Source: the human T2T-CHM13v2.0 reference genome, Homo sapiens. Taken from it: 64,000 nt of DNA. Positions 1 to 14,070 of the stretch are shown here, one piece after another. The notes under the pieces were generated by a model. That model saw nothing but the letters and a program-made list of their open reading frames with translations. It ran no database searches and was not told where the DNA came from. The stretch lies in NCBI RefSeq assembly GCF_009914755.1, contig NC_060933.1; one strand, 5' to 3'. Position numbers and translations under genes: made by a program. Position 1 is the stretch's first letter. Every line of letters starts with the position of its first letter.

Positions 1-745
1 CCAAGATGGGGGCGGGCCTCTCCCAAGATGGCAGCAAGCCTTTTGTTCTCTGACCTGGGGTTCTTGGCCTCACGGATTCCAAGGAATGGAACCTTGGGCC
101 GTGCGGTGAGTGGTATAGCTCTATTAGAAGCCGTGGATCACAGAAGAGAACTGTGGAACCCAGCGACTAGTGTTCAGCTCAGTTAGGACGAACCCAGGCA
201 CTTAGCCTTGCAGGAACAATGGCCAGCCTTTAGCCTGATAGGGAGTGGCAATGGGCGCCTCACTGGATCAGGAGCGCAGTGGACACCGTTCCTGATCCGG
301 AGGTGGGGAAGTCAGCGGCGGGTCTTCGATGGCGGTAAACAGCAGTGGTGGACGGCAAGCGAAAACTCAGCTCCGGCCGAGCTCCAGCCGTAACAAACAC
401 GAACCAGAAGAGTGTGCAGGTGCAAGATTTAGTAGAGTGAAAACAGAGCTCCCATACAATGGGAGGGGACCCAAAGGAGGATGCCCTCTCCCAGCTCAAA
501 TGCCTGGGGTTTATATCCCAATAATTGTCCTTCCCCCTGTGCTCTCAGGCAACATATTGTTTGACTATTTCTTTACCTCCTGCTTTTAGCCTAATTTGTA
601 TTTTAGTGAGCCCTCTTTACTTCCTGATTGGTCGGGTGTGAGCTGAGTTACAAACCCCGTGTTTAAAGGTTGGTGCAGTCACCTTCTCAGCTAGGCTTAG
701 GAATTCTTAAGCCAGCCTAGGAAATCCAGCTAGTCCTGTATCTCA
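1..745 (-). mobile_element. LTR17 (HERV-W LTR), U5 end cut by window edge; solo LTR or 5' LTR
   Basis: Reverse complement starts TGAGATACAGGACTAGCTGGATTTCCTAGG at 745, matching the LTR17 U3 start. CCAAT box (624-633), TATA-like GATATAAACC (508-517), and R/U5 with CpGs retained. Confidence 0.95.
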
Positions 746-759
746 CTATCACATGTTGA

Positions 760-965
760 TGCCAGCTCACAAACATGATTTCCAGGGTCTACCTGAGAAA
801 GAAAGAGGGAACACAGAGCATTTAGACCTACTCTGAAGTTCCTTGACCAGAAGTGGCACAAATCACTTTCACTTGCTTTCCATTGGTTAGAAACAGTCAT
901 GTGACTCCACCTACCTGCAAGATACCTGGGAAGTATAGTCCCATGTGCCTAGGAAGGAGCAGAGA
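760..965. mobile_element. Old MaLR MLT1 (J/K-like) LTR fragment
   Basis: ccattggttagaaacagtcatgtgactccacctacctgcaag...ctgggaagtatagtcc is typical of MLT1J/K. Confidence 0.55.
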
Positions 966-1741
966 GCCACAGATAGGTGAACACTGTACTCTTAGCCACA
1001 GTCCACTGTATTTCAGTGATTGACATGTGCAAAGGAGCTCATTAAAAAGAAGCTATTTACAGATGAAGGTGACCTTTACTACTCATCTCAGGTACGTCAT
1101 CACAGTAGTGTTTTAGTTTATTTCATTCTTGTCTTGCTTCTAATTGGTAGATGGCCAACCAGAAACAATCCTGGGCTTTAAAATGAGGCATTGGCAGAGA
1201 CACAATTTCTAACCTCAAATATCAGACTCTGAACTGACCACAGAGCTCCTCTCTGAGTTTATGTCAAGTTGTGAGCGTCTGCTTCCATCAGGAAATCCTT
1301 AAATAGTTCATTTTTCCTTCTAGGAGCCTGCTGCTGTGTTCTGGCTAGAGGGAACAGGACCAGGGCCAAGTAAGATCTTGAAATTTAAGATAGAGACATC
1401 TGGTCTGAGTTTTCTGAGAAGCTTATTGAATCCTACATTAATCTAGGCACTCATAATACAGAAACTTTATTTTATAGGCAAGTGAAAGAGATAATTTATG
1501 TTAAAGAGCCTAGCACAGTTTTTGGCATGACTATAGTAGGTGCTCAATAAATGCATCTGTACTTCCTTTGCAAAGGAAGTAAAAATTATACTGGTTTGTA
1601 CTCTGTAAGTAAATGCTGTTTAGTGGAATTCTCATGTAACAATATTCTTCCTACTCCTGTATTTCCATCTGACCATTGGTACAATTATGAAGCTATTAGA
1701 ACTTCTATTCAAAAGAAGGATTTTATTTGAAGCCATGCACT

Positions 1742-2210
1742 TGTGAAAGGAAAATAACTTGGGCCCCCAAACTCACGAAGCTAAAGGGAAAATTCATGTG
1801 GGGAACTGCTTAGGGCAAACCTGCCTCCCATTCTATTCAAAGTCACCCCTCTGCTCACTGAGATAAATGCATATCTGATTGCCTTCTTTAGAAAGGCTCA
1901 TCAGAAACTCAAAAGAATGCAACCAATTGTCTCTCACCTATCTGTGACTTGGAAGCCCCCTTCCCGCTTTGAGTCTTTCTGCCTTTGCTTGGAGTTGTCC
2001 CACCTTTCTAGACTGAATCAATGTATTTCTTACAAATATTGATTGATGTTCTCATGACTCCCTAAAATGTATAAAACCAAGCTGTGCCTCGACCACCTTG
2101 TGCACATGTCATCAGGATCTCCTGAGGCTGTGTCACAGGCGCATCCTCAACTTTGGCAAAATAAACTTTCTAAATTAACTGACATCTGTCTCAGATTTTC
2201 TGGGTCCACA
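1742..2210 (+). mobile_element. MER4A1-type ERV1 solo LTR, full length
   Basis: TGTGAAAGGAAAATA...GGGTCCACA termini; 4-bp TSD CACT at 1738-1741 and 2211-2214; TATA-like GTATAAAA and AATAAA present. Confidence 0.9.
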
Positions 2211-3070
2211 CACTGGACAAAACAGAAGTGAACAAAATAGCCGAAGTTCCCAATTGTGTTCCTATGGTGGGAGTAGGGCAGCAATGGAGACGGAAAGCAA
2301 ACAAGTAAATGAAGAAAGAAAATATCACTGAGATGTGCTAAGGGGAGAATTGAAAGAGGGTGATGAGGTTGAGTATAAGGAGCTACTTCAGATAGGTGGT
2401 GTAGCAACCCTGGTTCCAGGAAGAAAAACAGAGGCAAGTCAAGTATTCCAGGAATATTGGGTGGTGTGAATGTGGGAGGAGTTGGAGAGTGAAGGCCTGA
2501 AAAGCTTCAGCTCTAGAATCAGAGAAACTCTCTGCACTTTCACCTGGAAAAGCTGGAACTCAAAGCGAAGTTCAAGAAGTAGCACAATACTAGCTCTTTG
2601 AGTTGGATTGTGAAGTGTGTCCGTGAGAGTGGCCTTGTCTTACACTCACGACCTCCCAATAATAGTGACTTCTGCCTTCCATATCTTGCTTGAACTCCTG
2701 TCCTTGGCAAACCCTAATCTAGAAGCATACAGAAAAGGGGACTCTGGGAAACATAGTTCTCATCCTCAGATGGGCCTTGTGGCTTGGTGCTGAGCTGATA
2801 GCTGACAATTTAACACTGATGATCAGAATGACATTTAAGCTGAGGTCTAAATAACAAGAAGGGGTCAGCTTTCCAAAGATCACAGGGAGGAACATTCCAG
2901 ACAGAGAGAGTAACCAGCACAAAGTCCCTGAAGCTAGAAAGAGCATCTTGAGTTCTCCAGAAACATCAAGAAGGCCAGTATGCGTGGAGCTGAGTGCATG
3001 AGAGGAAGACTGATGGGAGATGCTGTTGGAGAGGTAAGCAGAGGCTGAGTCATACGGGGTCCTATAAGAT
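2211..3070 (-). mobile_element. L2 fragments (~2211-2420, ~2790-3070)
   Basis: gtgaacaaaatag..., gacatttaagctgaggtct..., gaacattccagacagag...cacaaagtccctgaag are antisense L2 motifs. Confidence 0.65.
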
Positions 3071-4029
3071 CTAGTAGGTCCATTAGGGATTTATGTGCCT
3101 GACTGGCTTGTGTCTGTGTCTGAGCCCCGTGGATAAGGTGTTTGTGGACAGAAAGCTCACTGAGCTGTTTAGAAAGAGGGGCTTGGTGAGATTTAGGGAC
3201 CCAGACTTTTCTGCCTCAGGCAGTAGACAGTGCTATGAAGCAGAGAGGGGCACTCACCTTATACTCCCCAGAACACAACAGAGTTTTGCAGCATGGAGAG
3301 GTTAGGGGACACAGTGCTGCCCTGGAGCCTGGAGGAAAGGACATTTGGGAGCATCCAGAGACATTTACCCTGGGAAGGATGTCCACTCTTGTCCAGTGGT
3401 GAAGAGCCACAGTGTAAGAATAGAGGTGCTCTAGTAGGTTTGAGTTGTCAACTGACAGATGAATTCAGGAACAGATGTGAGACCCTCATCCTGCAGCCAG
3501 AAATAACAGGATGAACAATAGAACAGACTTGGAGAGGGGACATGAAGGTGAAATATGAGTCAGTAAATGTTAAGGTGATCCTATTTCCCTTGAAGCCTGG
3601 GTGAAAACCATGTGGAACCTCAGATTGCATTGGCTAGGCCCTTGCTTGAATGCATTCAGAAAGTTAAGGGATATTCATTTTCTTTGGGGAATCCATACAG
3701 TTAGTGATTTCATTCCCAATGTACATACATGCTTTACTGAAATGACTAGGTTGCTTGGAATTTTTTATCAGGCATACTTTCAAACCCAAAAGCTATAATT
3801 TTAGGCATTTCAGGTCTCCCAACAAAAGTACTGGCCAAGGTTGATCAAATACAGGTTGGTCTATGCCCTGTGGTGACATTTGTGGGATAACAAGATGATT
3901 CTAATGTCCCTTGAACATGTCTCCTTCGCATTGTCTGAATGCCATGATGGAGAGTTGGTTGGCCTGTTAGTGTGACTGAACCAAGTGCCCGCAGTGATAG
4001 CTGCTCTGGATGCTCCCTAAGTTAATTTC

Positions 4030-4153
4030 TTTACATTTTGATCTCACTTCCACAGTTCCCTGCAGGTGCTTCTTGAGATCACCTCCCAAATAAATTACTT
4101 GCACAGAAACCCTAGTCTCATTGTCGTTTTCTGGGAAAGCCCAGCTAAAAACA
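4030..4153 (+). mobile_element. LTR16-family (ERVL) LTR 3' end
   Basis: gatcacctcccaaataaattacttgcac...ctgggaaagcccagctaaaaca resembles the LTR16 terminus. Confidence 0.55.
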
Positions 4154-4169
4154 GTAAACACAGCTGAAT

Positions 4170-4350
4170 GTAGAGATGTGTTTGATGCCTGGCAAGGTGT
4201 GATTCTCACCTAATTGCTAAAACAACTCTATGAGGTAAGGATTTTATTATTATTATCCCCATTTTACATGTGAGGAAAGCAAGACACAGAGTAGTAAAGG
4301 AACTTGCTTAAGGTTACCCAGTTAGTAAATGGCATGAGACCTTCACCTCA
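4170..4350 (-). mobile_element. MIR
   Basis: caactctatgaggtaagg...ccccattttacatgtgaggaaagc...aacttgcttaaggttacccagttagtaaatggca is the MIR core, antisense. Confidence 0.75.
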
Positions 4351-4971
4351 CTTCATTCTCATCCCTCTTTTACCAATTTCTGATAAATTTCGTTCCTTTT
4401 GGCACCCCATAAGGAAAATATTTAATCTCCCTGTCATCCTACTTTCTAAAAATTGCTTCTCCCAAACACTTCCTTCCTCATTATAATATATAATAATATG
4501 GTGCTGTTTTTATAAAATTCCCCTAATCTGAGAACTTCTGTAGAAGCACATATTACCGTTGATGGTAATAACAGGCCACAGGCCTCACCAACATCTTAAT
4601 GTTCCTCACGTTTACCAAAGAATGGCTTGACTGATGTATTTCCCCCCAAGCCCTTGAGACTTGACTGCCTCTGTGTGAGAAGCTGAGGCTTTGAGCCCAA
4701 GGCTTGTTCTTTGGAGAGCAGTGATTGTACAGAGGAGAATATGTGTGATGCATTTAGACTGCAATGCCTGTGGGTCCTTACCATGGCTCCTATTTTTGCT
4801 CTTTGGGGGAAATCTCAAAATAGTCCACTTTCCTTCACCATCCAATTTGATTTCTTCTCTCACAGTCCTTAAGGCAATAGCGATATGTCTGTCTGTGGTG
4901 GCAAAGAGATACCAGTCTTGAAAAGTTGGAGGGCTAGAGAGTTGAATCTATGTATGACTGTAGATATGTAG

Positions 4972-4992
4972 TCTCTCTCTCTCTCTCTCTCT
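4972..4992. repeat. (CT)n microsatellite
   Basis: About 10 CT units seen directly. Confidence 0.9.
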
Positions 4993-7086
4993 TTCTTACT
5001 CTCCCTCCCTTTCCTTTTGAGTGTGTGACTAAAACTTTGTCTCAATGTTTGTCCTGAGGTTTGTTTGTTGCAATAGAAATGCTCTCAAAGAGACCTCAAA
5101 TATAAATACATGAACTACATAAATTCAGGTCCATGGAGATGGACTTTGTGGGGCCTCTCTCTCCTCTCTCTACAAATAGTGTTCACTCTTGCTTCTCTCT
5201 TTGCTTCTGCTTTGCCCTCTTCTCTCTCTACCTGTTGCCTTTCCTGCTCACTCCTCTGTTTCTGTGACAGTGACCTCAGTGTCCATATTTTTATGATCTT
5301 TTAGCTCAGCTTCTTACAACTAAATGAATTGGCTTCTTATTCTGCCTCCTAATTCCTGGGAGAGAGAATATGAATTGCCCATGTGGAGCCAAGAGGCCAT
5401 CCCTGGTACAACCAATTGGTGTGGATGGTGCTGCTTACTCAACAGGAGTCACCAGTCTCAGAAGAGTCTGTCAGTGGCAGCAAAATTGACCTTCATGTTG
5501 GCTAAAATATTTTTATTTTATCTGTGCACATAATTTTTATGTATATTGAATGCCAACCAATTCCCCAAATCATGCTATAAACATTATTTTATGTAATCTT
5601 TACAATTACCTTGAGATGTAGGTGTAATTATTCCCATTTACAGATGGAAACTCTGAGGGTCTGTGGCAATCCTGAAGGAGAGAATAGTGTTGGGTGTTAT
5701 GCCATCTCTCTGCCTCCAATCCTAGTGCCCTTTATAGGCAAAGCTGAGTGGAAAAACTCATTAGGAAACCATTTTCAATGCAAGCAGCATACTTGGCAGG
5801 TGTCACTGCTTTCTCAGGGAGAAAAAGGTGAAGTGCATGGAGCACATTTTTATTTTTTAGCTAGATCAGCTCAGCACCCCCCTGCTGAAAGTAGAGCCTG
5901 CCTGCTGATACATAACGATATTTCAAGATGATGAGCAAGAAAGCTCTGTCCATTCCAGGGCAGAGTTCCCTGGGGACAAGGCTCAAAGAGCAATGAAAAG
6001 AGGGTAAGTGAATCATGAAGGCTTTGGAGTGAGGATGAGCACTAGAGCCAGGCATTTACAGTGAAGGGCAGAGTGGGCTGGAGAGGACTCAAGAAGCATT
6101 AGAAAAATGATTATCTGCCAACCCGAAATGAGACTCCAAGGAGCGCGAGCAGTCCTCCCACAAAAGGGTTTGTGGAAGTTCTCCCAATTTGCAGGGACGT
6201 GCTTGTGGAGTTTGTTCACTCATTGATAGATATTGGTTATCTTAGGGATTGTGAATACTATACCCTATGGTGTGGGATAAAATCTTTTTAAAATGGAAAG
6301 CAAAACATATTTTCAAATAGAATGAAATGTGTTTTGTAGTCATGATATTAATCCTCCTTTATTATTAGTGGAGTAATTAGAGAGTAATTCCATGACACAG
6401 AGTAAAACACAAGATAGTGAGGAGCTGGGAGGCTTTCAGCTGCAAACCTCAGAAAAGCAAGCTCAGTGAGGACATATCTTGGCGCATGTAACTGTCAGTC
6501 AAAGAAAGGAGGGGCTTGTGGGCGTCATTCTGATACAGGAGCTCAACCATGTCCTCAAGGACCCAGCTTCTCCCTTTCTGCTGTGATGTCCAAATGATCA
6601 GCTTCATCCTGAGAGTAATTTTCTGTGTGGCCTTAAGATGATTGTCAGAAGCAATTAGGCTACAATATTGCTAATTCTTTTCTTGGGATAGACAGACGTT
6701 TGCAGGAAACTCTTCTGGAAGTGGCAGGAGAAACTCTGTCACATCTCTATCTCCTTGGCTTGCAGGTGTGCTGCAAGCCCATTCCCACACAATTCCCATC
6801 GAGGAGTATGGGAATACTCTGATTGGGATAGATTGCTAGTTTTCAGCACTCACTGCTTATTAGAATCACAAGGGAGGCCTTTAAAATGTTTTTTATATTA
6901 TTATGGGTACAAAATAGTTGTACATATGTGTGGGGTACATGTGATGTTTTGATACGGACATATAATGTGTAATGATCAAATTAGTGTAATTGGGGTATAC
7001 ATCACCTTAAATGTATATTGTTTCTGTGTGTTAGAAACATTCCAATTCTACTCTCTCAGTTATTTTAAAATATACAATAAGTTATT

Positions 7087-8379
<1,293 letters not shown>

Positions 8380-9344
8380 TGAGTGAGAACATATAACTGA
8401 TTTGTCTTTCTGTGCCTGGCTTATTTGACTTAACATAATGTTCTCCAGGTCCACCCAAGTTGTTGCAAATGACAGGATTTCATTCTTTTTATGGTTGAAT
8501 AATATTCCACCATGTATATATACTGCATGTCCATCATCCATTCATTAGTTGATGGACATTTAGGTTGATTTTGTATCTTGGCTATTGTGAATAGTGCTGC
8601 AAGAAACACAGGAGTGCATATATCTCTTTGATATACTGATATCCTTTCTTTTGGATATAGTGGGATTGTTGGATTATATGGTAGTTCTATTTTTAGTTTT
8701 TTGAGGAGTCTGCTGTTCTCCACAGTGGCTGAACTAATTTACATTCCCACAAACAGTGTATGAGGGTTTCCCTTTCTCCACTTCCCTACCAGCATTTGTT
8801 ATTGCCTGACTTTTGGATAAAAGCCATTTTAACTGGGGTGGGGTGGTATCTCTTGAAGTACTAATACTTGGGCCTTTCCCTGGCCAGGAAAGTCAGACTC
8901 TCTGGGCATGGAGCCTGAATATCAGGATGTTTCAAGGTCTCCTTAGGTGATTCTAAAATTTGAGAAGCACTAGCTTATACTTCTCAGGATTCATCCATTG
9001 ATGTAGAGATGGGAGCAGCTTACCCTAGGTAAAAAAGTCCTGGATGTAGAAGGGTCATGGAATGAAAAATTAAGATTTTGTTATAAATATGGAAGTGGGG
9101 AATAGATGCTTGGTAGGCATTAAATGTTATTCACTCTAAAAGAGATTTGCTAGTGTCCTTTTTTAAGATTTATAGGTACATGTTAATTTAATACAACAAC
9201 CTGATGAGCAGAGCATACAACTCACCCGTGTGTAATAGTTATTGCCCCACCACTTGTTGCTGCACGTACCCATGCAATTTGACCAATGTTTATGCTATAC
9301 TAGATCGTAAATATTTCTAATATTACTCATGCCAATAAGTCAAA

Positions 9345-9997
9345 TGACTTCGTGGTTTATTAACCAAATTGAGGCAGTTTTGAGAGTCAAAAGAAGTGTG
9401 ACATTTTAAAAGCTATTATTCCAGGGCATCAAGAATAAACCGCAGGATTATAAATCATTCTACTACAAAGACACATGCACACGTATGTTTATTGCGGCAC
9501 TGTTCACAATAGCAAAGACTTGGAACCAACCCAAATGGCCATCAGTGATAGACTGAATAAAGAAAATGTGGCATATATACACCAGGGAATACTATGCAGC
9601 CGTAAATAAGGATGAGTTCATGTCCTTTGCAGGGACATGGATGAAACTGGAAACCATCATTCTCAGTAAACTAACACAAGGACAGAAAACCAAATATGGC
9701 ATGTTCTCACTCATAAGTGGGAGTTGAACAATGAGAACACATGGACACAGGGAGGGGAACATCAAACACCAGGGCCTGTTTGGCGGCAGGGGGCTAGAGA
9801 AGGGCTAGCATTAGGAGAAATACCTAATGTATATGATGGCTTGATGGGTGCAGAAAACCACCATGGCACTTGTATACCTGTGTAACAAACCTGCATGTTC
9901 TGCAAATGTACCCCAGAACTTAAGTATAAAAATTAAAAAAAAAAAAAAAGAATAAACTGGGACTGTTCTGGGCAAATAAACACATATCGTCACTCTA
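9345..9997. mobile_element. MER94-like hAT MITE split by an L1
   Basis: ttttgagagtcaaaag...aataaac joins tgggactgttctgggcaaa...atcgtcactcta across the L1. Confidence 0.6.
9443..9947 (+). mobile_element. 5'-truncated L1PA7/8-type LINE-1 with poly(A)
   Basis: ORF2 end, 3'UTR and A-tail; TSD AAGAATAAAC(C/T)G at 9431-9442 and 9948-9959. Confidence 0.93.
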
Positions 9998-10013
9998 CCT
10001 AGGAGGTATTATG

Positions 10014-10915
<902 letters not shown>

Positions 10916-11424
10916 ATCAGACCACTTAAGGAGGCCAAGTAACTTGCCCAGTGTCTCAGAATTCATGAAGAAAGGAGCCAGTTTTCAATCCTCAGAAATT
11001 ACTTCTGAGGTATTTCAATGTCACCTTTTTTGCTCTTTTCTTCCTTCAATTCCTTATGTTACTTCTTTTTGTTAAAATAACTGATGCATTTTCTGTTTTC
11101 CTGATTGAAACTGAATTGGTACAATGGCATTGGTATTCTAATACTTTCTTCTCATTAAAAAATATTAAATTTATGGGATACTTTCTACTATAAATACAAT
11201 AAAAATATACTTGTCTATAATCTTAGAATTTGAAAATAGCAAAAACTATAACAAAACTGTTATTCGAACTAATAGCTCAATGTTGACTTAGTCAAGTGAA
11301 TGGTCTTTCCTTGAGCTTTCAGAGGCTGGAGCAGGCTTAAAGTGAATCAGTTGTTCCAAGTCCTGGCTTTTCAAGGCACCTCTCTATTCCTGGGTGTTTT
11401 GTAACCCTCGGGCAGATGCTGATG

Positions 11425-11445
11425 AGACTCAAGACTCAAGACTCA
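11425..11445. repeat. (AGACTCA)3 tandem heptamer
   Basis: agactca agactca agactca seen directly. Confidence 0.9.
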
Positions 11446-11605
11446 TGCAGTGTGACAAGAAAGTAGCACAGTTGCACAAATTCTCCCTGTCCTTTCCTTT
11501 TCCGTTCTGGTTTCTAAGACTAACAATTTGATTCAGTAGAGTGGCATCCTTATCTTTTCTGGTTTTGGTCGTATGAGTTTTCTCTCTAGTTTTACTGCTC
11601 CCTGA

Positions 11606-12182
11606 TGTTTTGGTTAATATGAGGTGTCAACTTGATTGGATTGAAGGATGCCTAGATAGCTGGTGAAGTACTGTTTCTGTGTGTGTCTGTGAGGGTGTTG
11701 CCAGAAGAGACTGACATTTGAGTCAGTGGACTGGGAGAGGAAGACCTACCCTCAATGTGGGTGGGCACCATTCAATGGGCTGCCAGCAGGGCTAGAACAA
11801 AGCAAGTGGAAGAAGGTGGGCTAAGCTGGCTTGCTGAGTCTTCTGGCTTTCATTTTTCTCTCGTGCTGGATGCTTCCATCTGTTCTTTCTGCCCTCAGAC
11901 TTCAGGTTCTTTGGTGTTTGGACTCTTGGACTTACGCCAGTATTTTGCTAGGGGCTCTTGGGCCTTCAACCACAGACTGAAGGCTGCACTGTCAGCTTCC
12001 CTGCTTTTGAGGCTTTTGGCCTGGGACTGAGCACTACTGGCTTCTTTCTTCCCCAGCTTGCAGACAGCCTGTGGTGGGACTATGCCTTGTGATCATGTGA
12101 GCCAATTCTCACTAATAAACTCCCTTTCATATGTACATGTATCCTATTAGTTCTGTCCATCTGGAGAACCCTGACTAATACA
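11606..12182 (+). mobile_element. MLT2A2-type HERV-L solo LTR
   Basis: TG...ggttaatatgaggtgtcaacttgattggattgaaggatgcc...gagaaccctgactaataCA; 5-bp TSD CCTGA/CCTGG (11601-11605, 12183-12187). Confidence 0.9.
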
Positions 12183-12680
12183 CCTGGGTGAGGGAAGCCA
12201 GTCACAGAACCATTCACTGATGAAAGTATTTTTCAGTCGTTTGGACAATTACTGCTGATTTAGTGCTTTTTAGCTTTAGTTCTTCTAATATATAGATTGT
12301 GCCAAGGTGAGTTAGGAAAGTGAGCCCATACACAGCATTAGCTTCATTAATATTCAATCCATAGATACAGTTGTGAATGTGAAGCTGTAAAGAAGAATAC
12401 TCAACTTCTGATTAAATGTCCTAAATGTGCTAGAGTTAGCAGATGGGGGTCACATAGGATTTCTAATTTATAAAACTTTAACTATAAAAGATTCATGTAG
12501 ACAAATGGTAGGTACGTCATGCTGCTAAAACCTTTGTTTTAAAATACAGCAGATTGATAGATAATTTGAAGTATAGTAAGGCCAACAGATCAGGAAATAA
12601 CCACCATCGAGAAGTTAGTTTAGTACTAAAACTATTTTCCCAAAAGGAAGGGGCCTGCCACATCCTGGAGGTAGGGTAGG

Positions 12681-12724
12681 GGTATTAGTCAGGGTTCTTT
12701 AGGGAAACAGAATCAATAAGCATA

Positions 12725-12781
<57 letters not shown>

Positions 12782-13299
12782 CAGAGAGAGAGGGGGAGAG
12801 AGAGAGAGAGAGAAAGAGAGAGATAAGGAACTGGCTCACACAATTATGGAGGCTAAGAAATCCCAAAACCCCTAGTTGGCAAGCTGGAGACCCAGGAAGG
12901 CAAACTGATGTGTAGTTTCAGCACAAGTCCAAAGGCCTGAGAACCAGGAAAAATGTTGGTGAAAGTTTCATTCTGCAAGCAACATGCTCAAGACCCAAGA
13001 GGAGCAGATGTTTCAGTCTGAGTCCAAAGACAGAACACTCACATTACAGATCAAGCAGTCAGGCAGGAGGAAGTCCCCCTTACTCACAAGAAGGCTAACC
13101 TTTCCGTTCTATTCAGGTTTTCAACTGATTGTATTAAGGCTACCTGCATTAGGCAGGAAAATTGGCCTTATTCAGTTTACAAATTCAAATGTTAATCTCA
13201 TCCAAGAACACTCTCACAGACACACCGAGAATAATGCTTGCCCAAATATCTGGGCATCTTATGTCTCAGTCAAGTTGACACATAAAAGTAGCCACTACA
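12681..13299 (-). mobile_element. MLT2B/C-type ERVL LTR
   Basis: gtattagtcagggttct...cccaaatatctgggca...cagtcaagttgacacataaaagtagccactaca is an antisense MLT2 LTR. Confidence 0.85.
12727..12822. repeat. Compound (TG)21(AG)n microsatellite
   Basis: Seen directly, inside the MLT2 LTR. Confidence 0.95.
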
Positions 13300-13899
13300 G
13301 GGGGGCCACTTGAGGGAGTACTGGGCTTGGTCAGAAGGCAGGGTGGAGGGGGGAAACTGGGCAAGTTTTCCTTGTGGTTTCTGCAGGCAGGAACAGGTAA
13401 TACAGGGTAAACAAATTTAGGATTGGGTAGTTGGAATAATTTCAATAGGCTCTGGGCATAAGGGTTGTCCCTATTTGTCTAGTACGTGGCCCTAAGGTGA
13501 TTAGGGCAGGTGTAGAGTGGATCAAAGTGTGACAGCCAGATAAGACTGTAGGAAGTACAGACTAAATGTGTTGGGTTTTAGTTAAAGTGTACCTAGGAAG
13601 AAGATTCCTCCTGGGCACAGGGGGAGGTAGCAAGGGAGTCAGGAGGCTAAGGCAAGTGACTTAGGCATATTATTAGGTTGTGCACAATAAGGCATGTAGA
13701 ACAAATGTTGAATATGGAGTTTACAGAAGCTAGAAACAAAGTTAACACACTCCCTGGTACACAGCCTCTCTTATTTCCATTGTAGGAGTTAGCATCTAGT
13801 CACATGCATTCTCTTTTTCTAACCCAAGCTGAACCACAAGCATCCCCATTCTGAACTTACAGACTTGTGGGTCCAAAAGCAAGTAAAATAGGATAGCAG

Positions 13900-14068
13900 G
13901 AAATGCCTGTGCCTTGGAGACAAGAAAACTTGTAATTGAATACTGACCCTGTCACTTATTAACAGTTTCTTTGGAAGGTAATTTAGTCTCCTTAAGACAT
14001 GATTTTGCTATTTATGAAAGGCAGAAAATAGAATCTATCAGGGTTATGTAAATATTTGGTATAATGAA
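13900..14068 (+). mobile_element. MIR
   Basis: ccttggagacaag...gaccctgtcacttattaac...aatttagtctcc is a diverged MIR. Confidence 0.55.
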
Positions 14069-14070
14069 TG

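Larger units (their letters stand above)
12590..13740. mobile_element. MER76-like LTR split by the MLT2B/C insertion
   Basis: cagggtaaacaaatttaggattgggtagttggaataatttc...gtccctatttgtctagtacgtggccctaaggtgattagggcagg resembles MER76. Confidence 0.5.

Noticed and set aside
5871-5888. TCAGCA-C6-TGCTGA as a CTCF site
   Set aside because: It lacks the conserved C after the G-run, and a 6-bp inverted repeat is expected by chance.
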